Assembly: GCA_964016885.1 (NCBI GenBank)
Contig: OZ024753.1
Coordinates: 17,546,001-17,610,000 of the forward strand
DNA length: 64,000 nucleotides
Reading direction: 5' to 3'
From: Eledone cirrhosa
Lineage: Eukaryota
The translations under genes and the position numbers were made by a program. The notes beneath the pieces are model-generated. The model saw only the letters and a program-made list of their open reading frames with translations. It was not told the origin of the DNA and made no database searches. Below, piece after piece: positions 1 through 14,731 of the stretch (positions are counted from its first letter, which is position 1; each line of letters opens with the position of its first letter).

Positions 1-248
1 AATTTCTAGCCTTGTGCCAAAAGTAGAAACAATTAAATAACAAAACCATACATTCTGATAAATTAAAATGAAAATAAAAGGGCACGTGTCATCGTCACCA
101 AATTTAAAATATATTACAGCACCCACAGAGGCCCAAAAACCTTATAACAACTGACGTTTCACCCGAGTATAAATAAAAGACTCCTTTAAAGAACTCACAT
201 TTATAAATAGATTCTCAACAATGACACATTCTAGCATCTATTAATAAT

Positions 249-560
249 CGTTTCTACTTTTTGGCACAAGCCAGCAATTATCCCAGTGTATTACTGGTAC
301 TTTATTTTATCGACCCCGTAAGGATGAAAGGCAAAGTTAACCTCGGCGGGATTCGAACTATTAATAATGATTTCTAGTAATTTGGAGGGAGGGGAAGAGT
401 CAATTAAATCGACCCCAGTACGTTACTGGTGCTTCATTTTATCGATCCCCGTAAGGATGAAAGACAAAGTTAACCTTGGCAGGATTTGAAATCAGACCAC
501 AAAGGACCGTAACTCTATGCTGCAAGGCATGGCGTCCAACTCCACCGATACTGCCAATCC
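249..560 (-). mobile_element. Two adjacent copies of a tRNA-derived SINE (family A)
   Basis: Reverse complement of gttcaaatcccgccgaggttaactttgcctttcatccttacggggtcgataaaataaagtaccagt, which recurs many times in the window. It contains the B-box GTTCRAATCC. Confidence 0.8.
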
Positions 561-1098
561 ATCACTCTCTAGCATCTATTAATACTGAGAAAATGAAGAA
601 TAATCCCCTCTACAGAATTCCACCAAGAAAACCAAGAAATACAACTGACATTCTTAAAAGTTGTACCCATTAATTAGCAACTGCCAAAACCTCGTATATA
701 CGTAGTCAGTATCCCATCTATTTTTAAGAGTAACATTAATTATATAGGACTGATCGGTTCTGAATTTAATAGCCGATTCTATTAACATAATTACACATGA
801 CAATAATGCCAAGAAGATTGCATCACTTATTTCGTTTTTGAGAAATAACAATATACCCTTTACATAACGGATACAAAACAGCAGGTGTTTGAAAGTCATC
901 TACTTCCTGTAGACATTTAAAACTAGAAAAGCTATCGATCACGAAATTCGAAGATACTCATACAGAATTAACTCTTGATGTCTTCACATGGAAATATATT
1001 TCGTTAGATAATCTAATGTCATTCTAATAGTTATAACATGGGATATAACATAATACATCATTTACTTTTTCGTATCTTTTCTTATTTTCCCCTCTCCA

Positions 1099-1382
1099 AA
1101 TAATGATTTCTAGTATAGGCACAAGGTCAGTAATTTGAGGGGAGGGGAAAGTCGATTAAATCGACCCCAGTATATTACTGGTGCTTTATTTTATTTTAGA
1201 CACATTTTATTTTAGACACAAGGCCAGCAATTATTCAGTACATTACTGGTACTTTATTTTATCGACCCCGTAAGGATGAAAGGCAAAGTTAACCTCGGCG
1301 GGATTTGAACACAGACCGTAAATGGCCATAACTCTATGCTGCAAAGCATGGTGTCCGGTTCTCTACCGGTACTGCCAATCTC
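1099..1382 (-). mobile_element. SINE family A copies (partial plus near complete)
   Basis: Same core as 249-560 and 21417-21602. Confidence 0.8.
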
Positions 1383-1486
1383 CAAATAATGTATGGTAAC
1401 TAAACTTGCAAGAAAACCAGAGAAATTTCCACTGTACAGAAAACCTATTGCATGAACAAAGAAGCCACCAAATATTATTTCTCAAA

Positions 1487-1846
1487 CTTGTGGATTGTTT
1501 CTGTGTTGACCACTGGTCACTGTTCTCTGTCCTCTGAGGTATTATATTTCATATGCCTGTCACCCACCTTGTGGATTGTTTCTGTGCTGACCACTGGTCA
1601 CTGGTCTCTGAGATATTATATTTCATCTGCCTGTCACCCACCTTGTGGATTGTTTCTGTGTTGACCACTGGCCGCTGGTCTCTGTCCTCTGAGGTATTAT
1701 ATTTCATCTGCCTATCACCCACCTTGTGGATTGTTTCTGTGTTGACCACTGGTCACTGTTCTCTGTCCTCTGAGGTATTATATTTCATCTGCCTGTCACC
1801 CACCTTGGGGATTGTTTCTGTGCTGACCACTGGCCGCTGGTCTCTG
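1487..1846. repeat. Minisatellite, about 4.5 copies of a 74-81 bp unit
   Basis: Unit ttgtggattgtttctgtgttgaccactggtcactg...tcacccacc restarts at about 1487, 1568, 1642, 1723 and 1804. Confidence 0.9.
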
Positions 1847-1988
1847 CCCATCGCTGACTTTGACAGTATTTGGCTGTTTTAACGGTTTTTCTAGCGATGA
1901 GTTTTCTCATTTTCATAGGTATTCAAATACAGTCTTGCTTCGTCTCGATCAGAGACATTGATTTTTCAGTTGATATAGAAACAGGTTT

Positions 1989-2217
1989 CTACTTGCTGCT
2001 AGTATATTTGGCGACAGCCTATGTACCCTCAGGGACAATAAGTTTAGCTAATTCACCAGGAAGGACAAGACGGACTGTAGTCTGGACGGCTACTGATGGT
2101 CAAACGTTTGTTGTAGTGAGCAAATGATTAGACTCATTATTCTTTCTAACAAATCATTCACAAAATTGTTCATGATAGACATAGCTTTGCTGGAGATACG
2201 GGCTGGACTTGTTTCAT
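1989..2217 (-). pseudogene. H2B: Histone H2B pseudogene (histone-fold and C-terminal part, decayed)
   Basis: Hand translation of the minus strand across small indels gives [72 protein letters not shown]. This matches canonical H2B [78 protein letters not shown]. It has frameshifts, one internal stop and no N-terminal tail. Confidence 0.9.
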
Positions 2218-2864
2218 CCCGTGCAAACCCTTTCCTCACTTAAAAAAGCTTCAAGCATTCGCATCGCTTGAATGGCACATTTCTTGCGATGCATGGTATT
2301 GCTGGCTACATGCAAGTCCCTAATAGGACTAAAAAGCCACGTCCGTGTTGCTTATGCTTAAGTATCAAGCTATGGCCTTATTCGAAATCAAGTTGGTGCC
2401 ATCGTACACACACACACACAGTCACCCACCCACCCTACATATATATATACATATACAAATTTGTTTTAGCTCTCAACGTGGTGGATACTTAAATGCATTC
2501 CTGAGTGAATAATAATAATATCATAATATTATCATAATATTAATAATAAGTTTGTTTGGGAAAACAAAACTTGTTTTTAATTTTTCCGCAAAGCTGGCCG
2601 TAAAATCGCTCAGTATGCAAATGAGGCTAATCACCTATTGTATACATTTGAAAATACTATATATTCTCAGCAGTTACAGCAGAATACACAATCTTGACAA
2701 GGAGCAAAACATTCCGAAACAATTGTCAATTGTCGTTGGTTTTATCTCATCTAGTTCTAGAACAAAAGAATAACGTTGCCATCTAACATTTGGTTTTTAT
2801 GAAGCTATTTGCTTGCAAATAATCCGAATATTAACATTACATTCTTATTATTCACTAACGAATA

Positions 2865-2866
<2 letters not shown>

Positions 2867-2913
<47 letters not shown>
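2867..2913. repeat. (TC)n microsatellite
   Basis: Pure TC run. Confidence 0.95.
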
Positions 2914-2915
<2 letters not shown>

Positions 2916-3783
2916 GTATTAGTGCATACAAGACCATTAATGCAGCAGATATTTAAGTATTGGTACTTTAAATATGAAATGGAAATTGCAGATTGAATAT
3001 GAAATTACTCATACATATGTTAGAAAACAAATTTTATTCATACTTTTTGTCATATAAACTCATTTCTCGCTTATAAACGATTTCTAACATCTGTGAATAC
3101 ATTATTATGCTATGAACGAACAAGATATTCTATAGGTTAAAAATTGATATTAATATTCAGCACTTCTGACGTTCTTCAACGCACAAATTTCCAAATCGCA
3201 CCTCTCCAATGGAGGGAAAGAAAATATAAGAAGGAATATCTACTGAATTATTACTAGCCGAGGTATTCTACCATGTCAAAAAATACCTGCTGGCTTCGCA
3301 TGTTAAATTCGACCCTAGCAGCTGTTCCTTTCATAGTGGCACCATTTTGTCTCACACGAAGAACCAGGTTTGCTTGGTTTACTGTTCAACGCCGACAGCC
3401 AGCTTTGAAAGAGCTGACGAATTGAACGAATTCCTGATTTTGATTCTAATTACTAATCTCTCATTCAGAAAATGAGAATTTCCGCTGAAATATTGGCTAC
3501 ATAACAAACAACTGTATCATATTTCTGACTAAAATGTTATCTCATCTTGAATTTTCACCAGATGTAAACAATCTTATGCCTAACTAGTCACATATAAAGA
3601 TCTGCACCTCAAAAGGCTTTCTATGCACAATTTTAATCTTACTAAACATGGGACTTTTACATTTCCCAACCAGTCGGTGTGTTTATGTATATATATACAT
3701 ATATATATATATGAGTGTGTGTGAGTATATATGTGTGTGTGTATATGTATATTATATATATATATATATATACTAATTTGACG

Positions 3784-4150
3784 CTAAACTCCGGCAGTTG
3801 CAGTCTGCGTATCAACATGAGATATTTTTCTCCACAAATTTCGATCACCAGCAGCAGAGTTTAAAGAGCAAAGATCAAGTCCAGTCCATAAGTTGACATT
3901 GTCAAGCCATCGTTTTGGCTGCCGGCCTCTGCTTCTCTTACCAGCCAATCTTCCTTCCAGGCATAACCTACTCACACCACGAGTTGATACTTTTATATGA
4001 CCGTATAGTTTGAGTACTCTTCACTTGACAATTGATATAATTGGTCTAAGTCTGGTAATATTGAGCAGCTCACTGATACAGATACGGTCGCTGAGCCGCT
4101 TGCCAGTCATAAGTCTCATGATGAGCTTCTGAAGTGACTTTGTCGTCCAA
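3784..4150 (-). mobile_element. RTE-like LINE 3' fragment
   Basis: ORF 3784-3975 encodes LEGRLAGKRSRGRQPKRWLDNV...AGDRNLWRK, the typical RTE C-terminal GRPxxxW...DRxxWR signature. Confidence 0.7.
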
Positions 4151-4161
4151 TTAACACAATC

Positions 4162-4230
<69 letters not shown>

Positions 4231-4959
4231 AATATAATTTCATCGAGATCGTATTTTGGCGGCTGCCAAAACAAAACGAAAAGCAATTTTCGAGATATGC
4301 CGGCAAGCGCTCAATGAACTAGGAAGAAACCAGAGCAATTAACCAACGTTATAAGGGCCAGACACATTATAAAAATGGCTGTGAATTGACAAGCCAGGCA
4401 GCCGAAAAGACGAGCAAGCTAAATAGGTTAACAAAAAGTGTTACCTGAACCTTCCTGGAACTTGGTGGTAAAATCCAGTGAGAGGTTTCTGTGACTTCTA
4501 AATCAAGTGTACTGTCTGCTTTCATTGTAAGCTTTTGGTATAATGATTGAACAAGGAAGACACTTTGTCAACAGGTTTTTGCTCTCAACCGCCTACGGGT
4601 TCAAATGAAGCATTAGAGAAGCCACTACCTCACGTGGTTATCCTGCAGGGAGGTAACCCTGTTTTGGGCGGGTGCATTTCAAATGTGTAAGGAGTTGCAA
4701 AAAATTGCAAAAAACAGCACAAATCGAAGCTCTCAACCATGTTATTTTCAATAAACTTAAGCAATTAATCAGTCAATAGAATTGTCTAATTGAATTAACT
4801 AATTAATTGCTAGGCCCGGGAGGTTAATACAAATATAATTTCAGTGAGATAGTATATAGGTATAATAAACAAAAATTTGAAAGTATATCTTTAGATATAT
4901 GAAATACACCGAAACTAAATTTTGATATATACGTACATATACATACATACATACATACA

Positions 4960-4995
<36 letters not shown>

Positions 4996-5052
4996 TACAT
5001 ATATATACATATGATTTGTTCCTAGCTACTGAACAAATTATATGAATGTGTA

Positions 5053-5110
<58 letters not shown>

Positions 5111-5116
5111 GCTATC
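5053..5116. repeat. (ATCT)n microsatellite, 5' flank of the Tx1-like LINE
   Basis: About 14 tandem ctat units directly before the element. Confidence 0.9.
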
Positions 5117-5338
5117 TCTACGATGGACACATGTGCTGAGCTCGCTCGGTAAGTTTTTGTTTAAATTCATACGGAAATTGTAAACTGTAAACTTTCATTT
5201 TTGTACCATTTTGTAGAGGGACTGCCAGGTCAAATTTTGATCTGGTCGGTCTCTCAAAATATTCTGCGCCTTTGGGCGAAATAGTATTGTGAACATTTTA
5301 TCTTTCGAAAAACTTCGAAAAACCCTATTTTGAGAAAA

Positions 5339-5515
5339 ATGGCTGAAGCATCTTCACCATCAATCAAAGAAGGAAAGGGGAAGTCATACTCACAGCTTCC
5401 CCCTGCCACTGTCACAGCAGCAGATGCCAAAGGCAGAGGTCAGAGAGAGGAAGAATTGTCTTCACCTGTTGACCGACCACTAGATGTAGCCACAACTACA
5501 CAAGCATTTGAAAAC

Positions 5516-5546
<31 letters not shown>

Positions 5547-7188
5547 GCAACAATAAAGACAACAAAAACAACAACACAAACGTCACAAGTATCCACACAC
5601 GAAACGAGAAAGACAACAACAACAACAAAGATGAAAACAACTCAAACGACGAGAAACAAAACAATACTAATATCCAAAACGAAAACAAAATATCTTTTGC
5701 ACAAACGGCTAAATTATCAGTCGCTTATGTGCTGGAAGATATTTCAAAAGCAAAAGAAATGCTGGAAAAAGCCAAGAAATATGTGTCTTTTGGCGAAAAC
5801 GGTTCGTTTTCTATACATTCACCTCCGGAGCTAAAAAGACAGACGGAATTACGAACTGTCGTATTCCGAACAATTTTAAATAAAACAAAGAAACCAGCGC
5901 AACCATCTCAAGCGGAAATTCAGTTAGTCTTGAAAGACGCGATGAGAGACATCACTTTCATACAAAAGGATAAACTCTATGGGAGTTTATCCATATTGAT
6001 GAAAGACGAATTGGCGGCAAAAAAATACTCTGTGTCGCCAATTCGGTCCACACACTACACCTTCTTCCCCACCTACATGGGTAAAAAAACCCAGAGGATA
6101 TGGATAACCACCATCACCCCAAACATAAACTACTGGTGGTTACTAACCGGTTTCCTCAATTTAGACGAGGACAACCTCATCTCAATAGGGAAGGCATCCG
6201 GCGACGCGTTCAGTGGAACGAGCCTCGAAGTTCTGACCCAAATAAGGCCAGAACGCATCGCCCAAATCCCTGAGCGCGTCATGCTGGATGACCGTACCCA
6301 CCTCAACATTATTGTGGAGGGTAGGCGTCCCTCCTGTTACCTCTGTGGCAATAGAGGTCACCTGAGGGCTGCCTGTCCCCAGCTCACACAGAAAAAAACA
6401 CTGTTACCAACACCAACACCACCCCAACTACAACAACAAAAACAACCACAACAACAACAAAAACCAACAACCCCACCACCACCACCACAACAACAACAAC
6501 AACAAACACGTGAAAAAATAACACAGAATACTGTCCCACCCAATCCCTCCCCACCCAAAACAAATACAAAAACACGCACACCGCAAACACTACCAGAAAA
6601 CATACCCCTCCCACCCAACAAGGAAGACGAACCTCTTTCGTCGCAAGACGAAAAAGATCCCTTCCAACAAGTAAAAAGAAAGAAGAGGAGACGCACCACA
6701 GACACACATGTTAACTTTAACCCCCCCAAGAGAACACAAACTACACACAAACCACCCCTCCCTGTCACACAACACTAACTGCTACACAAAAAAAGACCTT
6801 ACAATACACATACATGAACACAGACAACAAAGAATTATGGAAAACAATTTCAGCAAACCCTTCGGTCCAAACTGAAGGGCCAAACTTTATAACTGCTGTG
6901 GGACTACCTCATTTGAAAATGATAAAAGTCCCAATGCACTTGTACAAAACACTGAAAATAAATTTCACGGAGGACGTGGGCCCCCCCTGCGCCAAACCAA
7001 TCAACCGCGTCCTCCTAAAAAATTTAACCCCCCCCCCCCCCCACCCAGACACCCAGTCAACGACAAACACCCCAACCCCACAACACACCGATGCCCCTTC
7101 ACTTCCACAAACCACCACCCCACCCAACAACCCATCCCCAACCAGCATGGAAATTGAGCGGCCCGTTTCCCGGGACGCAGAGAGGTAA
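5339..7188 (+). CDS. LINE ORF1 (gag-like nucleic-acid-binding protein), frameshifted between 6715 and 6778
   Basis: ATG at 5339, Asn-rich N-terminus, zinc knuckle CYLCGNRGHLRAAC, Pro/Gln/Thr-rich tail. The 6814-7188 ORF continues in another frame, with the shift probably at the C7 run 6721-6727. Confidence 0.8.
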
Positions 7189-7212
7189 GTGCCTTTTCTC
7201 TTTACCACCAAC

Positions 7213-10200
7213 ATGGCTGTGCTAAGAGTAGGGTGTCTAAATGCGCGTGGCCTGGGCTCGTCTTGGAAGCAAGCAATGCTTCTAAATGACCTCAGGTCAC
7301 AATCTATAAATGTGATGGTTATCTGCGAGGCCCGGATCAGCTTTGACGACTTTGAGATGCACGCATCTCTCTGTCAGCCCGGAGGTGGGGGTGGGGTTGT
7401 CGTTCTGCTACAAAAACATATGGGCCTTGCAACACAGATAGTTCACTTGGACCCAGGGGGTCGACTGGTGGTGCTGGACCTTGGCAGTGGTGAAGGTAGA
7501 GCCTTTAGGCTGATAGCCGCATATGCCCCTTTTGGGACAGAGCGGCCCGACTTTTTCCAGCGTCTGGAGTTTTTTCTAGGGACGTCCCGTTCCCTGCTTT
7601 TAGTGGGGGATTGGAATGGTATCCTGGATGCACGTTGGGACTATGCAGGGGCATGTCCCGATAGAGAGGGGTGCAACAGCCTCAAGGGGTTACTCGGCCG
7701 ATTTGACCTGGCCGATAGATTTCGACTAGATTTTCGTCTTGGTCAAATCGCAGCGGATCATCTAGATCGTACCTAGATAGATTTTTAGTTAGAAATAAGG
7801 ACAGGGACTTTTTAAGTTGTCCAGAAATGCTCATGGTTGGCTATTCAGACCACAAGTTGGTGACCTGCATGGTCAACCTTGATAGAACGCATAGACAGGG
7901 CCCCGGTTACTGGAAGCTCAACTTGTCCTTGCCGGCAAGTAGAGCCTACAGGAATCGGATTAGTACGTTAGTTAAGGAACGGTTGACTGGAGCGATCGTC
8001 AACAGCAGGTGGTGGGTATCTCTAAAGAGAGAGATTAGAGTAGTCTCGATTGAATTTAGTAAGGTTCTAGCTGCGGATAGGAATAGGAAGGAAAGGGAGC
8101 TAATAGATAGAGTAGAAGAGGCAATTAGAAGCGGCGACGTGGCCAGAGTGCTAGCGTCGAGAACGGCTTTGAGCCAGTTTTTCGACGCGAAGCACGAAGG
8201 CTGCGTTGTCCGAAGTAAAATACGTGCTCTAGGGAACGAGGGGGCCAAAGCTGTTAGCTGGGCCCGCGTGACAGAGGCCAACAGTGGAACTAAATCCACC
8301 ATCCGGTCTTTGCGAGACCTGGATGGACGGGCGATTCTTGAGCCTAAGCAGATGTGTGAGGCCTTTCAAAGGCACTTTGCCCGACTGTTCGGGAGGGGCG
8401 GGGAGCCGGTTGGGAACGTGGACTTCGGTCCATACCTCGACGGCCTGCCGCGCCTCTCGGACAGGGAGGCGAAGTCCTGCGAGGAGCCGATTTCGGCCGC
8501 TGAGATAGAGGACGTGCTGAGCCAATGCGGCAAACGCAAATCCCCGGGTCTCGATGGTCTTCCTTACGAATTATATCTAGCTATGCCGGACTTGTTCCCC
8601 GATCTCCTCGAGGCGGTCTACTGCAACTGGCAACAGAACGGGAGAATTCCCTGTACTGTGACCAAGGGCGTAGTCACGCTAGTGAAGAAGGACGAGAACA
8701 AGGGGGACGAAATAAGTAACTTCAGGCCCATAACTCTGCTAAATACAGAGTTACAGATTTTGGCCAAGGTGCTAGCAAAGAGGTTGGCGCTTGTCGTGGG
8801 CAACCTGGTGGGAGATGCGCAGACATGCGCTATCCCGTCCAGGTCCATCCATGACAACCTCCACCTCATGCGATACATCATAGAGAGGGTTGGGAACGAA
8901 CCCGGCTTTGGTGGGGCTCTGATCAACTTGGATCAATCTAAGGCGTTCGATAGGGTCGACCATGGTTACCTGGATGCGGTGCTAGCGGCGGCAGGCTTCG
9001 GACCCGTTTTCAGGGGCTGGATCACTGCTATGCACAGCAGCCGCATCTGCTCTAGGGTCAAGGTGAACGGCTACCTCTCGGAGCCGTTCAAAATCGCGCG
9101 GTCCATCCGACAAGGGTGCCCTCTCTCCTCCCTTCTGTATGTGTTGACTCTCGAGCCACTACTGCGGAAGTTGGAGTTGTTGCAGGGCATCCCTTTGGAA
9201 CCGGGATTGCGGAAAGCGGTGTCAGCCTACGCCGATGATGTGACAGTAATGGTGTCGACGGCCTCCGAAATCGAGGCGGTCGGCACCTTACTGGAGGAGT
9301 ACGAAAAGTTCACAGGGGCTAAGCTGAACCGGGACAAGTCGATCGGTTTGCAACTCGGCACGTGGAGGGGCAGACCGATGCCCTCTGATGGCGTCGTCGG
9401 ACGCTGGACGGAGGGCCCGGTGAAGTTGCTCGGGGTCTGGTTCGGACCGGACCTCCAGGTGGAGAAAAACTGGGCGGAGGTTACGAACAGGGTGTTTGTA
9501 CTGACCCAGAAGTGGGCCAGTTGCAAACTATCCCTGAAAGGTCGGGCGGAGGTGGCGAACACTTATATAGCGTCCGTCATCTACTACCGCCTGACCGTAG
9601 TGCCCTGCCCAAGGGAAACCCTCACCAAGATGGAGCGCGCGCTCTTCCAATTCCTTTGGAAGAGGCGGGCTCCTATGGTGAGGAGATCCATCTGCTGTCA
9701 ACACCCTTCGAAAGGAGGGCTGGGGATGCCGTGGCTAATGATGCGTAAACACGCATTAAGGCTACGGCACCTCTACGTATTCCTCACCGGACAACCGGTG
9801 TGGGCCTCGTTTGTGAGACGAACCTTTCCCAGACTCGTCTCACTCACCGAGCTGCAATCCTGGGTCAAGCAAAGACCGAGAAAACTGGGCGCCTGGCACA
9901 CTGAGTGTGCCCAGGCGCTCACCGCCCTCTGGCAGGCGGATCCGGTTATCAGTGGAGACTCCACCGCAACATTCTATAGAGGGCTGGTACGCAGCAGGTG
10001 CGACGACGCCCTCGGAGAAGCCCTAGACATGGAGGAGGACGAACTGGCCAGCCTGTTCGGTAGGACATTCAGCCCGGGACCTATGGATAACTTCCAGAAG
10101 TCCCTGGCCTGGCAGTGCTACCGAGGGGCTTTACCCGTTCGAGAAAGGCTCTACAGACACGGGCGCCCGGGTAGGGACCCCGCCAAAAAGATCTGTCCCA

Positions 10201-10610
10201 GATGCGTGTGCGACGAGGAAACCGTTGCACACGCATTGGTACACTGCTCGGGCGTAGCCGATCTGTGGGGCTATGTCGAACAACTGCTGTCAAGGGTGGG
10301 ACCGGTCCGGTTGACCACCGAGTCTATTGTAATGATCAAGCCGCCTCCCCCCTTCAAAGATGAAGCAGAGGCGGTGTTTCTGTGCGTAATAGCCATGGCG
10401 AAAGAGGTTGTATGGTGGACGCGTCTGAAAGGACTGAGGTCAGGCACCTTTCTCTCTGGCCAACAACTGGTCCGTTTCTTCCGATATCATTTCGGAAGAA
10501 GGATCAGGATGGAGAGAGAGGTGCTGCACCCCAGTCGTTTTTATGAAAGGTGGGTGAAAGTGGCGAGAATGGCCCGTGTGAATGGGCCTTCTCTTTACAT
10601 AAGCCTGTAG
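7213..10610 (+). CDS. LINE ORF2: AP endonuclease, reverse transcriptase and C-terminal zinc finger, with one frameshift/deletion near 7736
   Basis: APE motifs CLNARGL, LLVGDWN, WSN..SRSYLDRF and SDH. RT motifs KSPGLDG, FRPITLLN, DQSKAFDRV, RQGCPLS and YADD. C-terminal CPRC...ETVAHALVHC. Confidence 0.92.
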
Positions 10611-10888
10611 GTGGAAAAGAGGAAGGAACGAGGGAGCACCCCCTCTCTGTGCTTCTGAGGAAAAGGGTTGCACACTTTTTTCGGGGGTGTGTGCGACCCC
10701 CCAAGGCGCCTCCCCTCTATTGAGGATTTTGTTAAAAATTTTATTTTTGTTATATCTTATTTTATTTTTATATTTTGTTATTGCCTCCTCCTTATTGAGG
10801 ACGCCTTTTTGTGTAAACTCCCCCCTTTGTACTTGTCCCACTTTTGATGCCCTAGTGGCAAATAAAAGAAACTTATCTATCTATCTAT

Positions 10889-10915
10889 ATTATATATATA
10901 TATATTATATATATA

Positions 10916-10972
<57 letters not shown>

Positions 10973-11561
10973 ATATATTATATATATATATATATTACAT
11001 ATATATATATATTACATATATATATTATATATATTATATATATTATATATATATAAATATATTATATATATATATATTATATATATATATATATATTATA
11101 TATATATATTATATATATATATTATATATATATATATATATATTACATATATATATTATATATATATATATAAATATATTATATATATATATATAAATAT
11201 ATTATATATATATATATATCTATTATATATATATATTATATATATATATATATATATTACATATATATATTATATATATATATATATATATTACATATAT
11301 ATATTATATATATATATATATATTACATATATATATTATATATATATATATATATTACATATATATATTATATATATATATATATATTACATATATATAT
11401 TATATATATATTATATATATATATAAATATATTATATATATATTATATATAAATATATTATATATATATTATATATATATAAATATATTATATATATATT
11501 ATATATATATAAATATATTATATATATATTATATATATATATATATATTACATATATATAT

Positions 11562-11592
<31 letters not shown>

Positions 11593-11765
11593 ATATATAT
11601 TATATACATATATAAATATATTATATATATATTATATATATATATAAATATATTATATATATATTATATATATATAAATATATTATATATATATTATATA
11701 TATATATAAATATATTATATATATATTATATATATATAAATATATTATATATATATATATATATA
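10889..11765. repeat. Imperfect (TA)n tract
   Basis: Almost exclusively T/A. Confidence 0.95.
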
Positions 11766-12393
11766 AAACATGCGAAAAAAGAAGAATACTGCGTGGTTGC
11801 ACATGGGTTAGAAATGATAAAAATAGTCCTTCGTCAGTGATTTGAAAATCACTGACGAAGGACTATTTTTATCATATGTACCCCATGTACACCCACGCAA
11901 TATTCTTCTTTCTTCTCATGTTTTTATATATATTTACCTCGTTTGCGTTTGTCTGTTTCTCTCTTACTGCTTCCCCATTCTCTCTGTTGCTCTCACCTTC
12001 TTTCGCCCCCTCTGTCAGGTACACTTTCTCTCGACTCACCACTTCCTCGCACTTCCACTCACTCACTCTCTGTTTCTCCCCTTCTAACTTCCTCCCGTTT
12101 GGCTTGTAGTGGGTTCTCTTCTTGCTCACATCTCACTCACGTCGGACGGTCTGTATCCCGATCGTTCATGAAATCCACCCAGCTTAAGCTGACCGGATAA
12201 CCATGTTGCTTGTTTATTCCTATCTTTGCGTTGCTTCCATCCTTTTATGTGGTTTACTTGTCTCACTCGCTTTACGCGATTTACTTGTCCCAATAGCACT
12301 ATTTAGCTATTGCTCGCACCAACCTGAGCTGTATGATTTTTAATGCGATGAAATATCAATGATGGTTGAAAAATCACTGACAAAGGACTATTT

Positions 12394-12394
<1 letters not shown>
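11766..12394 (+). mobile_element. Putative non-autonomous Penelope-like mini-element: inverted 5' segment plus direct terminal repeat, in (TA)n
   Basis: 11766-11842 is an imperfect reverse complement of 11843-11925, with a near-perfect core atgataaaaatagtccttcgtcagtgattt / aaatcactgacgaaggactatttttatcat. The motif tgaaaatcactgac(g/a)aaggactatttt recurs directly at about 12367-12394. Confidence 0.5.
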
Positions 12395-13520
<1,126 letters not shown>

Positions 13521-13773
13521 TGGTTCCTTACCACATTTCCTTCGTTATCTAGCTCCTACCCCCGTAGTAGAGCACTTTCCGACCCTACCACGCCGTATCC
13601 AGACTTTTATTTACCAGGATAAATTTTCATTTAGTCCAGAATTAGCCGTCGAAACGGCTTGAGCTCAGCTGTCGGGGTCTTACTGGTTCCTATTACCCAC
13701 TCTACTACCTCAAGTATTGAGTACTTTGGTGCGTTATGGTCCACCTGGTTCCTTACCACATTTCCTTCGTTAT
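13521..13773 (+). mobile_element. Internally deleted 253-bp derivative of the Penelope-like element at 41947-46527
   Basis: 13521-13608 matches 43021-43108 and 13616-13773 matches 42891-43048. It has a 28-nt terminal direct repeat and is flanked by (TA)n. Confidence 0.88.
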
Positions 13774-14308
13774 ATATTATATATATATATTATATATATA
13801 TATATATATATTATATATACATATTATATATATATATTATATATATATATTATATATATATATTATATATATATATTATATATACATATTATATATATAT
13901 TATATATATATATATATATTATATATATATATTATATATATATATATTATATATATATATCATATATATTTATTATATATATATATTATATATATATATT
14001 ATATATATATATTATATATATATATTATATATATATATTATATATATATATTATATATATATATATAATATATATATTATATATATATATTATATATATA
14101 TATTATATATTATATTATATATATTATATATATATATTATATATATATATTATATATATATATTATATATATATATTATATATATATTATATATATTATA
14201 TATATTATATATACATATTATATATACATATTATATATATATATTATATGTATATATATATATTATATATATATATATATAATATATATATATATTATAT
14301 ATATATAT

Positions 14309-14353
<45 letters not shown>

Positions 14354-14355
14354 AT

Positions 14356-14406
<51 letters not shown>

Positions 14407-14415
14407 ATTATATAT

Positions 14416-14495
<80 letters not shown>

Positions 14496-14517
14496 TATAT
14501 TATATATATATATTATG

Positions 14518-14566
<49 letters not shown>

Positions 14567-14607
14567 ATTATGTATATATATTATATATATATATTATATA
14601 TATATAT

Positions 14608-14694
<87 letters not shown>

Positions 14695-14731
14695 ATATTA
14701 TATATATATATTATATATATATATTATATAT
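13774..14731. repeat. Imperfect (TA)n tract
   Basis: T/A only. Confidence 0.95.

Larger units (their letters stand above)
5117..10873 (+). mobile_element. Near full-length L1/Tx1-type non-LTR retrotransposon
   Basis: 5' UTR, ORF1 with a CCHC knuckle, ORF2 with APE-RT-CCHC, and a 3' UTR ending aataaaagaaact followed by (ATCT)n. Confidence 0.92.

Noticed and set aside
4850-4930. Shared sequence upstream of both Tx1 copies (4864-4924 versus 27364-27447) as an extended target
   Set aside because: The orientation relative to the LINE is opposite and the distance varies. It is probably just another microsatellite-associated repeat.
6715-6778. Programmed frameshift in LINE ORF1
   Set aside because: It most likely falls in a homopolymer run of a copy that has other lesions, so mutation or sequencing error is more likely.
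5440-10841. Antisense and alternative-frame ORFs overlapping the LINEs and Penelope elements
   Set aside because: Shadow ORFs from biased composition, with no recognisable motifs.
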